NCBI RefSeq assembly: GCF_006345805.1
Contig: NC_043013.1
Span: 28,892,001-28,956,000 of the forward strand
DNA from: Octopus sinensis
Taxonomy: Eukaryota
Direction: 5' to 3'
DNA length: 64,000 nucleotides
In this document: positions 1 through 12,827 of the stretch, piece after piece
How positions within the stretch are numbered: position 1 is the first letter of the stretch
Layout of the letters: each line of letters begins with the position of its first letter
The notes under the pieces: model-generated
Seen by the model: only the letters and a program-made list of their open reading frames with translations
Told to the model about the DNA's origin: nothing
The model's database searches: none
Position numbers and translations under genes: made by a program

Positions 1-595
1 AAATTATTTGTGTAGGTTGTTCTGCTAGAAATTGCAGAACTGTCTTTCTCAGACGACGGGAGAAAGTCAACACCATTGTCACGAGCCTTGACTCAACTCA
101 TGCCTTGTATTGTACACGTAATTCAAAGAATCCAACCTCATCAATCACTGTGTTGCACTGGTTTCACCTGAGGATTGTATTACGGGTACACCTGTCCATG
201 GAATACTCAGCCACATACATGCTAATTTAATGAGTAGATAGATCTTTTGATAGAACAGCATTGAAAATAATGGAGATCTACTTACTTTTATGAATGCATG
301 TGCATATTTATTTATACAAACATACATGCATATGTGTATATATATGTGTTTGTGTGTGTGTGTGTGTTTGTGCACGTGCATGTGTGTGTGCAGGGACAAA
401 GGCTTGCTATCTATATCTCATTTTTTCTTCTTGCAACATATATGCTTTTTATATGATTTAGAAGTTAATCTGTTGATATAACAATATTTTTCTTTTTAAG
501 TATGTACACTTTGTTCATTACATATAATGATATCTGCACTGAGATGTTTCTTTTTGCATCTTATGGAAATATTTTTACTCTGTATGTGTGTGTGT

Positions 596-651
<56 letters not shown>

Positions 652-809
652 CGTGCGTGTGTATGCATATCTATGTACATATATATGTAGAAAGACATAC
701 ATTTATAAGCATATACACACATATACGTACATATATAAATACACATATGTGTATATGTATATGTATTTACATGTATATATGAGCATATATGTGTGTGTGT
801 GTGTGTATA

Positions 810-1125
810 AATGCATATACATTCATGTATGTACACATACATATATACATTCATGTACATATACATACATATATACATTCAGGTACATATACATACATAT
901 ATACATTCAGGTACGTATACATACATATATACATTCATGTACATATACATACATATATACATTCATGTACATATACATACATATATACATTCATGTACAT
1001 ATACAAACATACATACATTCATGTACATATACAAACATATATACATTCATGTACATATACATACATTCATGTACATGCATATATACATTCATGTACATAC
1101 ATATATACATTCATGTACATATATA
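810..1125. repeat. 28-bp minisatellite (atatatacattcatgtacatatacatac)
   Basis: attca(t/g)gta recurs at 821, 849, 877, 905, 933, 961, 989 and 1017. Confidence 0.9.
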
Positions 1126-1129
1126 TATA

Positions 1130-1191
<62 letters not shown>

Positions 1192-2081
1192 CACGTTTAT
1201 ATATTTAGATACATACATGTAAATATATGCATATACATGTACAAAAACGTACGTTCACATACGCACATCCTTTTAGCTAAGATCAAAGTGTAGCATACAT
1301 ATGTGTGTGTGTGTATGTGTGTGGAATATCTGTACATTTACACACATATTGCCTTTTAGCTAAGATTGAAATATAGCACACACAGACACACATACACACG
1401 TGTGTGTGTGTCACTGGTTTTGTTTTTCTTGTTCTTACCAAGCTATGTATGATAAGAAGAAAATCTTATATAGTTTTATGGCTCACATTGGATTTATCTT
1501 TAAATAATTGTCAGTTGCAATCAATAGTCTTCTTCCTTGTGTATAATTCTAATCTACTGGAATAACACTCCAGCCCACCTCACCCTTCCTCGAGAACAAA
1601 ACCACACAAACACACATGCATTTGCAGACACACACACACACACACACAATCTTGCACATTCACATACATGCAGAATGCACATTCACACACCTAGCTTACA
1701 TGACCTCATCATCCCTATACTGATGTTGTTTGGAAACAACTTACCATTGTGTGTTACATAGATGAGAGAGAGAGAGAGAGAAAGAGGAGGATGAGGAAGA
1801 GAAAATCTATACCCATAGCATGAAAAAAATATAGAAGCAATATAAACAACATTAACTTTTAATATTGCTTTAATAGAAATGTGAGTGGGATTGACGATAG
1901 CAGAAATGGTTGCCAGCAGCCAGACAAGATGACTCGCCATATCTCAGTTATGTCCCTTTTATGTTCCAACTTCAAGCAAGGAAGACCTTTCAATATTAGC
2001 TTTATTTATTTATTTTGCTTTCACTGCCAATCAGCTTCATGCAATTTTTTTTATCTCTTTGGACATATCTATAACTTAGTT

Positions 2082-2118
<37 letters not shown>

Positions 2119-2125
2119 ATATATA

Positions 2126-4096
2126 TCATCATCATCATCATCATCATTTAGCGTCCGTTTTCCATGCTAGCATGGGTTGGACGGTTCAACTGGGGTCTGG
2201 GGAGCCCGAAGGCTGCACCAGGCCAGTCAGATCTGGCAGTGTTTCTACAGCTGGATGCCCTTCCTAACGCCAACCACTCCAAGAGTGTAGTGGGTGATTT
2301 TATGTGCCACCGACACAGGTGCCAGACGAGGCTGGCGAACGGCCACGCTCGGATGGTGTTTTTATGTGCCACCGACACAGGTGCCAGACGAGGCTGGCAG
2401 ACGGCCACGCTCGGATGGTGTTTTTATGTGCCACCGACACAGGTGCCAGTGAGGCTGGCGGACGGCCACGATCGGATGGTGTTTGTTACGTCCCCAAAGC
2501 ACGGAGGCCAGTCTATGCGGTACTGGCTACGGCCACGTTCGGATGATTTTCTTGTGTGCCACCGGCACTGGTACCACAAAGATACAAATTCCATTGATGT
2601 TCATCTATTTTGATTTGTTTTGATTTTGATTTGATTTTCACTTGCTTCAACAGGTCTTCACAAGTGTCACAAGAAGGAAGGTATGCACAGGTGGACTGAC
2701 TACGTCCCAGGTAGGGGCCACGGGTTATGGCCTGACTAGTCTTGCCGGGTCTTCGGATGGTGTTTTTATGTGCCACCGACACAGGTGCCAGATGAGGCTG
2801 GCGAACGGCCACAATCGGATGGTGTTTGTTGCGTGCCCACAGCACGGAGGCCAGTCGATGCGGTACTGGCTACGGCCACGTTCGGATGGTTTTCTTGTGT
2901 GCCACCGGCACTGGTACCACAAAGATACAAATTCCATTGATGTTCATCTATTTTGATCTGATTTGATTTGATTTTCACTTGCCTCAACAGGTCTTCACAG
3001 GTCTTCACAAGTGTCACAAGAAGGAAGGAAGGTATGCACAGGTGGACTGACTACGTCCCAAGTAGGGGCCACGGGTTATGGCCTGACTAGTCTTGCCGGG
3101 TCTTCGGTTGGTGTTTTTATGTGCCACCGACACAGGTGCCAGATGAGGCTGGCGGACGGCCACGATCGGATGGTGTTTGTTATGTGCCCACATCACAGAG
3201 GCCAGTCGATGCGGTACTGGCTACGGCCACGTTCGGATGGTTTTCTTGTGTGCCACCGGTACTGGTACCACAAAGATACAAATTCCATTGATGTTCATCT
3301 ATTTTGATTTGGTTTGATTTGATTTGATTTGATTTTGATTTTGATTTTCACTTGCCTCAACAGGTCTACACAAGTGTCACACAGTTGCCTCAACAGGTCT
3401 TCACAAGTGTCATAAGTAGGAAGGTATGCACAGGTGGACTGACTACGTCGCCGGGTCTTCGGATGGTGTTTTTATGTGCCACCGACACAGGTGCCAGATG
3501 AGGCTGGCGAACGGCCACGATCGGATGGTTTTCTTGTGTGCCACCGGTACTGGAACCACAAAGATACAAATTCCATTGATGTTCATCTATTTTGATTTGG
3601 TTTGATTTTCACTTGCCTCAACAGGTCTTCACAAGTGTCACACGTGTCACACACTTGCCTCAACAGGTCTCCACAAGTGTCACACACTTGCCTCTCCTCT
3701 GCCTCAACAGGTCTTCACAAGTGTCACACACTTGCCTCTGCCTCAACAGGTCTTCACAAGTGTCACACACTTGCCTCAACAGGTCTTCACAAGTGTCATA
3801 AGAGGAAGGTATGCACAGGTGGACTGACTACGTCGCCGGGTCTTCGGATGGTGTTTTTATGTGCCACCGACACAGGTGCCAGATGAGGCTGGCGAACGGC
3901 CACGATCAGATGGTGTTTGTTGTGCCCACAGCACGGAGGCCAGTCGCGATCAGATGGTGTTTGTTGTGCCCACAGCACGGAGGCCAGTCGATGCGGTACT
4001 GGCTACGGCCACATTCGGATGGTTTTCTTGTGTGCCACCGGTACTGGAACCACAAAGATACAAATTCCATTGATGTTCATCTATTTTGATTTGGTT

Positions 4097-4100
<4 letters not shown>
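2126..4100 (-). repeat. SINE with an RTE-like (TGA)n tail, expanded into a complex tandem array
   Basis: (CAT)n followed by tagcgtccgttttccatgctagcatgggttggacgg (the tail). Contains about 62-bp internal repeats, about 30-bp cacttgcctcaacaggtcttcacaagtgtca repeats and 220-370-bp higher-order units. Confidence 0.85.
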
Positions 4101-4150
<50 letters not shown>

Positions 4151-4154
<4 letters not shown>

Positions 4155-4505
4155 GTAAGGTGCAGGTGTGGTTGCTTCCCACCACATGGCCCTGGGTCCA
4201 GTCCCACTGTGTGGCACCTTGGGCAAGTGTCTACTTTAGCCTCGGGCTGACCAAAGCCTTGTGAGTGGATTTGGTAGACGGAAACTGAAAGAAGCCCATC
4301 GAATATACATATATATATATATTTGTATATGTTTGTGTGTCTGTTTGTCCCCCCCACCATTGCTTGACAATCGATGTTGGTGTGTTTACATCCTCGCAAC
4401 TTAGTGGTTTGGCAAAAGACGCCAATAGAATAAGTACTAGGGCTGATTTGTTTGACTAAAGGCGGTGCTCCAGCATGGCCGCAGTCAAGTGACTGAAACA
4501 AATCA
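4151..4505 (+). mobile_element. tRNA-derived bipartite SINE (family 1, central microsatellite)
   Basis: cccactgtgtggcaccttgggcaagtgtc...gtgagtggatttggtagacggaaactgaaagaagcc, then (TA/TG)n, then ...ctccagcatggccgcagtc. About 20 copies in the window, e.g. 14205, 19375, 19905, 24120, 32445, 36112, 43032, 53950, 58640, 60160, 62610. Confidence 0.85.
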
Positions 4506-4540
4506 AGGAATATCTATCTATCTATCTATATATATATATA

Positions 4541-4745
4541 ACGGGAAGCTTTATGAAAATAAACAAAAGACGAAGGCAGGTGGAAGACAAACGAACAATT
4601 GTATTAGTATGGCGCTCAGGAAATATAAATAAAACAAGTCTTTAACGTTTCGAGCCTACGCTCTTCAACAGAAAGATACACAGAGAGAGAAAAACACAGA
4701 AAGAAGGAGAGAAAAAAAATGCGTGCAGTAGCTAACGAATCAACA

Positions 4746-4748
<3 letters not shown>
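4541..4748 (-). mobile_element. About 210-bp non-coding mini-element in a (TA)n tract with an HHR-like motif (Penelope pseudo-LTR-like)
   Basis: Flanked by (TA)n on both sides. The minus strand reads TCTTT-CTGTTGA-A-GAGC-GTAG-GCTC-GAAACGTT-AAAGA. Confidence 0.65.
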
Positions 4749-4788
<40 letters not shown>

Positions 4789-5569
4789 GCAGGTATGGTT
4801 GCTTTCCAATCACATGGTTCTGGATTCAGTCCCACTGCATGGCACCTTGAGCAAATGCCTTCTATTATAGCATTGGGCTGACCAAAGCTGTGTGAGTGTA
4901 TTTGGTAGAAGGAAACTGAAAGAGACCAGCTATTTCAATATGCTGAACCTAATATCAGAGAGGACAAAGGACTGAGATGATTGGCGATTTGCTGTGCTTG
5001 AGGAGACCCAGCCATCACAGCAGAAATGATGTCTTAAAACCACCATCCCTCTTCTCTCTCTCTCTCTCTCTCTGTGCCCTATCAAGCATTTCCTCCGCAT
5101 CACATCCCCTAACACCTGTCACTTCTCTATCTACGGTACTACTCAGCTGCTGTTATCACTTAAGAGCAGAATAGGCACATTACATTCATCTGTCTCTCTG
5201 GAGTCACTTCTATTACTATTATCATCCTTGCCCTAAGGGCAACGACCTGGCAGAATCGCAGAATCGTTAGCACACCGGGTGAAATGCTTAGTGATATTTT
5301 GTCCATTTTTATGTTCTGAGTTCAAATTCACCAAGGTCAACTTTGCTTTTCATCCTTTCAAGCGTCAATGAAATAAGTACCAGTTGCATACTGGGGTCGA
5401 TGTAGTTGACTCTCCCCCTCCCCTGGATTTCAGGCCTTGTGCCTATAGCAGAAAGGATTATCATCCCTGCCCTCATTATTTCCACTGATCACCTCCTTTC
5501 TGTGACTTCGGCGAGTTTTTTAACCACATAGACATGCCTGTACCTATCAGTCAATACATTTCTCTTTAA

Positions 5570-5783
5570 CCCCTTCGTTACTGTATTGAGATACTCTGTG
5601 TTTCTTTCAATTACTTTAAATATAACAAAGAATTTAGTAAAATAACTTAGTTATCATTAAGCTAGTGTTAGGAACATAAATTGTGACTAAGTTTTGTTGA
5701 AAGATTTTAATTCAAAACTTATGAAAACAAGACATTTGTACTCAGTGCCAGAGCCGGTTTCAGCTGGGTTGGTAATGAAAGGG
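5570..5783. mobile_element. piggyBac-like MITE
   Basis: TTAA on both sides; TIR CCCCTTCGTTAC / GTAATGAAAGGG. Confidence 0.8.
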
Positions 5784-5849
5784 TTAAGCTTCTCATGTGA
5801 TGATTTGTAGCATAATATTTAGATATTTTATAACAGTTATCAATTAATT

Positions 5850-8800
5850 GGGTGGTAAAGGAAAGCTTCAGTCTTCGGGAAGATGGACAAATCTGGAGAT
5901 TTGTCAAGACTGATGAAACGTGGAAGAGAGATACCAGCTGGTCTGAGTGCTCTCTACCCACAATAACTAAAAAGACTACAGCAACTCAGGGAAACTAAGC
6001 CAGGACAACCTGCCATCCTCTACATACCATCATAAACTGCGAGCAGGGTACAAATTGTTGTCCTTAAATGCTCGCAGTTTATGCAACAAAATACATTTGT
6101 TCAACGCCTACGTCAGAAGTATTGACCCTGACTTCATCACTGTCACGGAAACATGGGCACATTCCTTACTCTGTGATGGGGTTTTCAACATCACGGGGTA
6201 CAACCTCTTCCGTAAGGACTGCACTAACCGCCGTGGTGGTGGTGTGATGGTCTACGTTCGTTCAAATTTTTTGGTAATTCCTTGTGCCGATTTGAACGAA
6301 TCACAAGAAGAAGTTTTTTTCTGTGCGTACGTATGACCATGTCAACACTCCTGCTTGGCGTTGTTTATCGTCCCCCAATTACCATCAGGACACACAGCTT
6401 TGCAACATCCTCCGAGCTGCTGCCAGGAAAACAGCCACTTATGTGTTTATTGCAGGCGATTTCAATCATCCTGAGATCGATTGGGAAACCTTCCATTGGC
6501 CACAGAGTGCAAACGATTTTGTTGAGCTTGTGCTGGACTCAAACTGGTTACAAGTAGTCACCTCTCCAACAAGAGGCGACAACACCTTGGACCTGCTCTT
6601 CGCCACAACTCCTGAAGCGGTTATCAATTGCACTACGGAGGAACCTCTAGGTGACTCTGATCATGCTATGATCATCGCCAATCTGGCTCTTGCGGGCAAC
6701 AAACACCTGAACCATCCCCAATCTGCTTCCTTCGATTGGAAGAGAGCAGATTGGAACCTGTACCACACTGAACTACAGCACCCAAACTGGCGTGAATTCT
6801 ACAACTCTGGAGATGTGAATACTATACTCCAGAGTATCCTGGACTCAATATGGGCAGCATGTGCAGCATCAGTGCCACGTAAACAAAAAAGAAGAACCGC
6901 CCCAAAAGGGCAATTTGGGAAACTTCAGCGGTCCGACTTGCCAGGAAGGAACGTCGGACTGCTGAACAGGAATACAAGTTGCATAATCAGACACCAACAG
7001 GAAGAAGCGGAATAAATCCTCCAACCATCTCAAGCAAGTGACAAAAAATGCAGTGCTTGAATTTGAACAGTGCATAGCAGCCAATCCTGACAGCAAGGTT
7101 TTCTGGAAATATGTGCATTCAAAGCAGAGACCTCACTCTCCAGTGGACCCTCTTCGCAACCCTCACACAAACCAGATCACTGACGACCCCAAGGAATGCG
7201 CAGAACTCATTGCCGAGTGCTATGCAAACATATTCACTGTTGAAAGTCAAAATGTACCATCTTCACCATCACTAACAGCAAACTCCATAACAACTATGGA
7301 ATTTACACCTGCAATGCTGCGACGTCACCTTCAAAATAAGCGCAACTATGCCTCCCCTGGTCTCGATGGAGTTACATACCTGCTTCTCAAACGTGGCAGG
7401 CACTTCCTTTTACACCAGCTTTCTATTTTCTCTTCCAGTACTGTCTCAACAATGGTGCTACTCCGGAGCAGTGGAAAACTGCCAGTGTCATTCCTCTGTT
7501 CAAAAAGGGTGACCGCACATCACCTGTCAACTATCGCCCAGTCAGTCTCACTAGCTGTATTGCAAAACTGATGGAATCGTGTGTCAGAGAAACACTCTGG
7601 AACTTCTGGAGCTCTCACAGTCTCATCCAACCCTCACAATATGGATTTGTCCCTAACTCCAGCTGCAGTGACCAGCTTGTCGAGTTCCTTGAGGACATTA
7701 CTCAGATCACTGACAGTGGCTCATGGGTGGATGTTGTCTACCTTGACTTTGCTAAGGCTTTCAACTCTGTGCCACACAAAGGCTTATGGTGAAACTCTCT
7801 GCAATGGGTGTGGGGGATGACCTTTTTAACTGGTTGAAATCCTTCATCCGCAGCCGAAAGGAGGTAGTCACAGTTCTAGGACAGCACTCTACACCATATG
7901 AGATGTCATCGGGTGTACCACAGGGATCTGTCCTTGGTCCCCTCCTGTTTGTGGCATACATTAATGACATAGATGCCAATTTAAAGAATGCCACAGTATT
8001 GAAATATGCAGACGACATCAAGCTGTACCTTGAAATCAAGAGGACTGACCCTGATGTCTACAACTCTTTCCTGCAATCAGACCTAGACACAATGCAGCAA
8101 TGGATCACAGACTGGCAACTGAAACTGGCTGTGGACAAGTGTACCACCATGCATTTTGGGAGAAAAAACCCTGCGTCCACATACTCCCTCCACAACTCTG
8201 ATATCAAGAAATCCTCTTGCGAGCGTGACCTAGGCATCACTGTCAGCAGTGATTTGCATTGGACAAAGCATATCTCTAAAATTGTCAGGAAGGCCGAGGG
8301 TGTCTTGGCATCACTCAGCAAGACTTTTGTTAGCCGCTCTCCAGCCATCTATTTAAAACTGTATACAGCTATGGTACGACCACACTTGGAATTCGCATCA
8401 TCAGTTTGGAATCCCTATCTTGCTCAGAACATTGACCTCCTGGAATCTGTTCAGAGACGTGCAACCAAACGCATACCCTCCATCAGACACCTACCATATT
8501 CTGAGCGCCTTGTTTCCCTGGGCATGGATTCACTGAAGCTCCGGCGTCTGGCGACGGACTTGGTAAACACCCACAAGATTATCAACCACCTCACCAACAA
8601 CAACACTGAACATCTTTTTGATCTCCATGTGTCTAACACACGTGGACATGCCTACAAAGTCAGAAAACAACACAGCTCCCATGACTTTCGGAAACATTTT
8701 TTCACGCTCAGAGTTGCTGAAGCATGGAATAAACTGCCTGCGTCAGTTGTTGACTGCCATGACACTGCATCCTTTAAGGCCCTCATGCTTTCCGAAATCC

Positions 8801-8866
8801 GCCGAAACTACACCTGGTTATATATACACTTTAGATGAGTTGTAGTGCACCTGAGCACTGTACACA

Positions 8867-8903
<37 letters not shown>
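5850..8903 (+). mobile_element. CR1-clade LINE, 5'-truncated within ORF1; ORF2 (APE endonuclease + RT) complete but frameshifted
   Basis: Putative ORF1 tail ...TTATQGN* ends near 5998. ORF2 motifs: LNARSL, TETW, RGGGV, GDFN, TLDL, SDH (APE); YRPVSLTS, YLDFAKAF, GVPQGSVLGPLLF, YADD (RT); TRGH...FFTLRVAEAWNKLP (CR1 C-terminus). (ATT)n tail at about 8867-8903. About six frameshifts. Confidence 0.92.
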
Positions 8904-8904
<1 letters not shown>

Positions 8905-10749
8905 GAAATTGCTAGAATTACTAGAATGGTGAATAAAATACCTTGCAGTATTTGTCCTGGTTTTCTGCACACTGAGTTCAAATTCTGTAAAGGTCAACTT
9001 TATCTTCCATCCTTCCCAGGGCGATAAAAAAATAGACCAGTCGGGCGATAGGATCACTTCTCTCTCTCTCTCTCCCTCTTTCTCTCTCCCCTCTCTGCCT
9101 CTCCCTCCTCTTCTCCCATTCTCCCTCTCTCTGAGAATCAGTTATGTTGCAAAGTAAGAAGGAGACCATTCACAACATCCCTTTGTCCAAAAATGGGGAA
9201 TTGTTGAGTGAAGGCTAAACATGGAACCATCAAAACCATTTAATGTCTTTTCTTCCATATTGGCATGGGTTAGAGGGGTTGATATGAATAGATGAAAGCC
9301 AGAGGGCTACACTGAGCTCCAATGTCATCTTTGACATGGTTTCTATGGCCAGATGCTCTTCATAATGCCAACTCAGCATTGGTGAGGTTCCCAAGTACTC
9401 GCAAGACAAGATTCTTTAACTCATTGAAGGATGTGGAACTGTTAGAGAGAGAGAAGAGCAAGTAGGTATCTTGCTGAAGAGATGCATGGCTTCTCCAGCT
9501 GAAGAGAGAGAGAGAGATAAAGAGAGGGGGAAAGAGAAAGAGAGAGGGGGAGAGAGAAAGAGAGTGTGTGTGTGTGTACAAGGCAAATATGAGAGAGGGA
9601 ATAGGGATAATGGAACTGGAAAGACAGATGGGTCAGTAAGTGCATTAAAGTGAAAGGAGTGTGGTAGAAGATCAGAATGGTAACAATAAATAGAATACTG
9701 TAACATTAATTAAAATGTCAATAAATTAACAACCAAGATATTAATAATATAAATGGTGCTAGATATTAGACATTACATGCATTAATAAGGCAATTCAAAA
9801 TAATGACATTATTAAATTCTTCAGGGATGCCTTCTGCATGATCAACATGCACGTAAGTGCATGCCATCGTATTATATGAAAGTAATCAGCATTTTCAATT
9901 AATTAAAAATTCTTTTCAACTCATTACATTATCTATGTAATTCTGCATTTAATTATTATATTCATTAATTTGAAACAGTAAAAACAGCAATGAGTCCACT
10001 GGCAGGACTTAAACTACAGATCTATCATTTGCCAGAGAACTATGTTAACCAGTGGTATCACTGAGTTATAGAATGATTGTCACTGCATCCCAACCTGATT
10101 GAAATAATAGTGGAGGTGCATAGCTTGGTGGTTAGGGTGTTAGACTCATGATTATTAGACGGTGGTTTCAATTCCTGGACAAGGTGGTGCATTATGTTCT
10201 TGAGCAAAACATTTCATTTCATGTTGCTCTAGTCAACTCAGCTGGCAAAAATGAGAAATCCTGCGATGAGCCAGCTTCCTGACCAACGTGTTGAAGCAGA
10301 TTTTCTACAGCAGGGTGCCCTTCCTGATGCCAACCCTCATACTTTTCCAAGCAAGGTAATATTTCGCCATAGCTAGACATGCTTTTGACAGACAACTAGA
10401 AATAAACAACATCAATGCTCATTTACAACCATCACATGATATTTGGACAAGGGTACACACACACATACACATACGTGTGTCTGTGTGTGTGTAGCTGAAC
10501 AGACAAGGATATTAAAGGACTTCCTTGACCCAGGGAACATCCTTAACTCCAGCAAAGAAATCTTTGGATCCTGCTTGCACTTCAAGAAATTCCTGTTGGT
10601 GTCCAGGGATCCACATGATAACAGGGTCAATTATGAGTAGGGGAGACAATCTCCAGTCATTGACTGAGTAACAAGGTCTTTTCCTCCTTCATTTTCTAGA
10701 GAGGCCATAGGCCTAGGGTCTGAAGAAACCCAGGATATACATATGTGTA

Positions 10750-10795
<46 letters not shown>

Positions 10796-11286
10796 CACAT
10801 ACATACATACATATATATATACACACACAAACACACCTATTATGAGCTTCTTTCTGTTTCTGTCTATCAAATCCACTCACAAAGCTTTGATTGTCCCTAG
10901 GCTGTAATAGAAGAACCTCTCCCAGAGTTCTATACAATAGTACTGAACCCAAGACCACAGGGATGGGGAAACAAGCTTCTTAACCACACAGCCATTGTGT
11001 GCACCTATACATACCCACACCTGCACCTATTTTTATCAACCAATGTTGATAAAATAAATACCAGTTATACACGGAATAAATAATTCAGTTGGCTTGAAAT
11101 CTGTGAACTTAGGCTACTCTGAAAAATTTATCAAAAACATGGAGGAAATCAAATACAGCAATTTTTTTCTGTAAATTTTGTGATTGTTTTTGTTGTCTTT
11201 GATGTGATAGCTTTCTACTGTTACACTTCTCACACTCTCCCTCTGCATTGCTCTTCATGTTTCTCTAACTTTTTACCTCTCTTTGA

Positions 11287-11323
<37 letters not shown>

Positions 11324-11497
11324 ACTAACTATCATTCGTCATTTCTCTCTTTCCTTATATGTCCTGCTCTTTCCTCTCTCTCTCTCTTCACTATCGTTCA
11401 TCATATCTCTCTTTCCTTATATGTCATGCTCTTTCCTCTCTCTTCACCACCTATCATTCATCATATCTCTCTTTCCTTATATGTCCTCCTCCTTCCT

Positions 11498-11535
<38 letters not shown>

Positions 11536-11959
11536 TCTTTCTTCTTTCATTGTCTCTCCTCTGCTTCAACAGACCTGTGGGACAGATGTAGACAAACACC
11601 CAATCATCTAATCACCTAATCAATCAATCAGACGATCAACATTCTTATCAGGCAAGAAACATGTGGTTTCTCCATTTTAAAGACAGCATGGAATCGGTTG
11701 AAGCCTGACAATGGATAAATCTCTTGTGAAGTCAGACCATAACTTGGTTTTTGATAGTAAACCATAAACAAATGCCAAAACTAATTTGCTTATTCATCAT
11801 CATTTAACGTCTGTAATTCAATGCCGGAATGGGTTGGATGGCTCAACCGGATCCTCTGTGTGTGTGTGTGTGTGTGTGGTGTGTGTGTGTGTGTGTGGTG
11901 TGTGTGTGTGTGTGTGTGTGTGTGCATGTGTGTGCGCATGTATGTGTATGATTGTTGTT

Positions 11960-11998
<39 letters not shown>

Positions 11999-12053
11999 GC
12001 ATATACACACACACACACACACATATATATATACATGTGTATTTGTGTACGCT

Positions 12054-12089
<36 letters not shown>

Positions 12090-12827
12090 TATACACACAC
12101 ATATATATATACATTTGTATTTGTGTATGCTTGTGTGTATATATATATATATATATTATATATATATATATTATTTGAGAATATGTAAACATATATATAC
12201 ATTTGTGTGTATATATATATATATATGTACATATGTGTATATTTGTACATGTGTATGTATATATATGCATTTGTGTATTTATGCATGTGTATAAATATGC
12301 AGTTATGTATTTGTGTGTGTGTATGTGTGTGTGTGTGTGTGTATGCATTTGTGTGTATACTATACAAATATAAACACACACATGTATTCCCTGGTTGACT
12401 TATTTCATGCCACCCCGCCATCAACTCACACTCTTTAATTCCTGAGTGTATGTCCCACCCTCAACTTATCTCCTTTAGAAACATACTTTCCCTTTTTTTC
12501 CCCTTTCTTTCCTCTTTTCTTTCTTTCCTCTTTTCCTTTCTTTCTTTGCACTGAACTGTTTTCATGACTCACTTTAGGGTAACCCAGAGTATTTCACAAA
12601 AATCAATCAATACAGCCGATACACACACATACACACACACACACACACACAGATCAAAAAATATTACCAATCTATCACTCAATTTAACCAATATAATTCA
12701 ATTCTTTCTACACTTTCTCATTGGTCGATGCAATGAATAACTTGCAAACACCTCTCCCCTCCCCCCCCACTTTCTCTTTCACCCCGGATATATTTTCTGG
12801 GGGTGGAAGACAGCAATAGCAGCAGCA

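Noticed and set aside
290-1293. Long overlapping ORFs rich in Y/I/C/V/H/T (also 11786-12424, 46565-46939, 60636-61265)
   Set aside because: Translations of dinucleotide microsatellites and a 28-bp minisatellite; open in many frames on both strands.
3610-3800. About 30-bp direct repeats, superficially CRISPR-like
   Set aside because: No unique spacers, no cas genes, eukaryotic context.
2164-4099. Repeated ORFs containing CHRHRCQ / FLCATDTG
   Set aside because: Translations of the SINE-derived array; no consistent frame or domain.
5910-5922. CTGATGAAACG, a partial hammerhead look-alike
   Set aside because: No stem II between the core motifs; lies within the CR1 ORF1 remnant.
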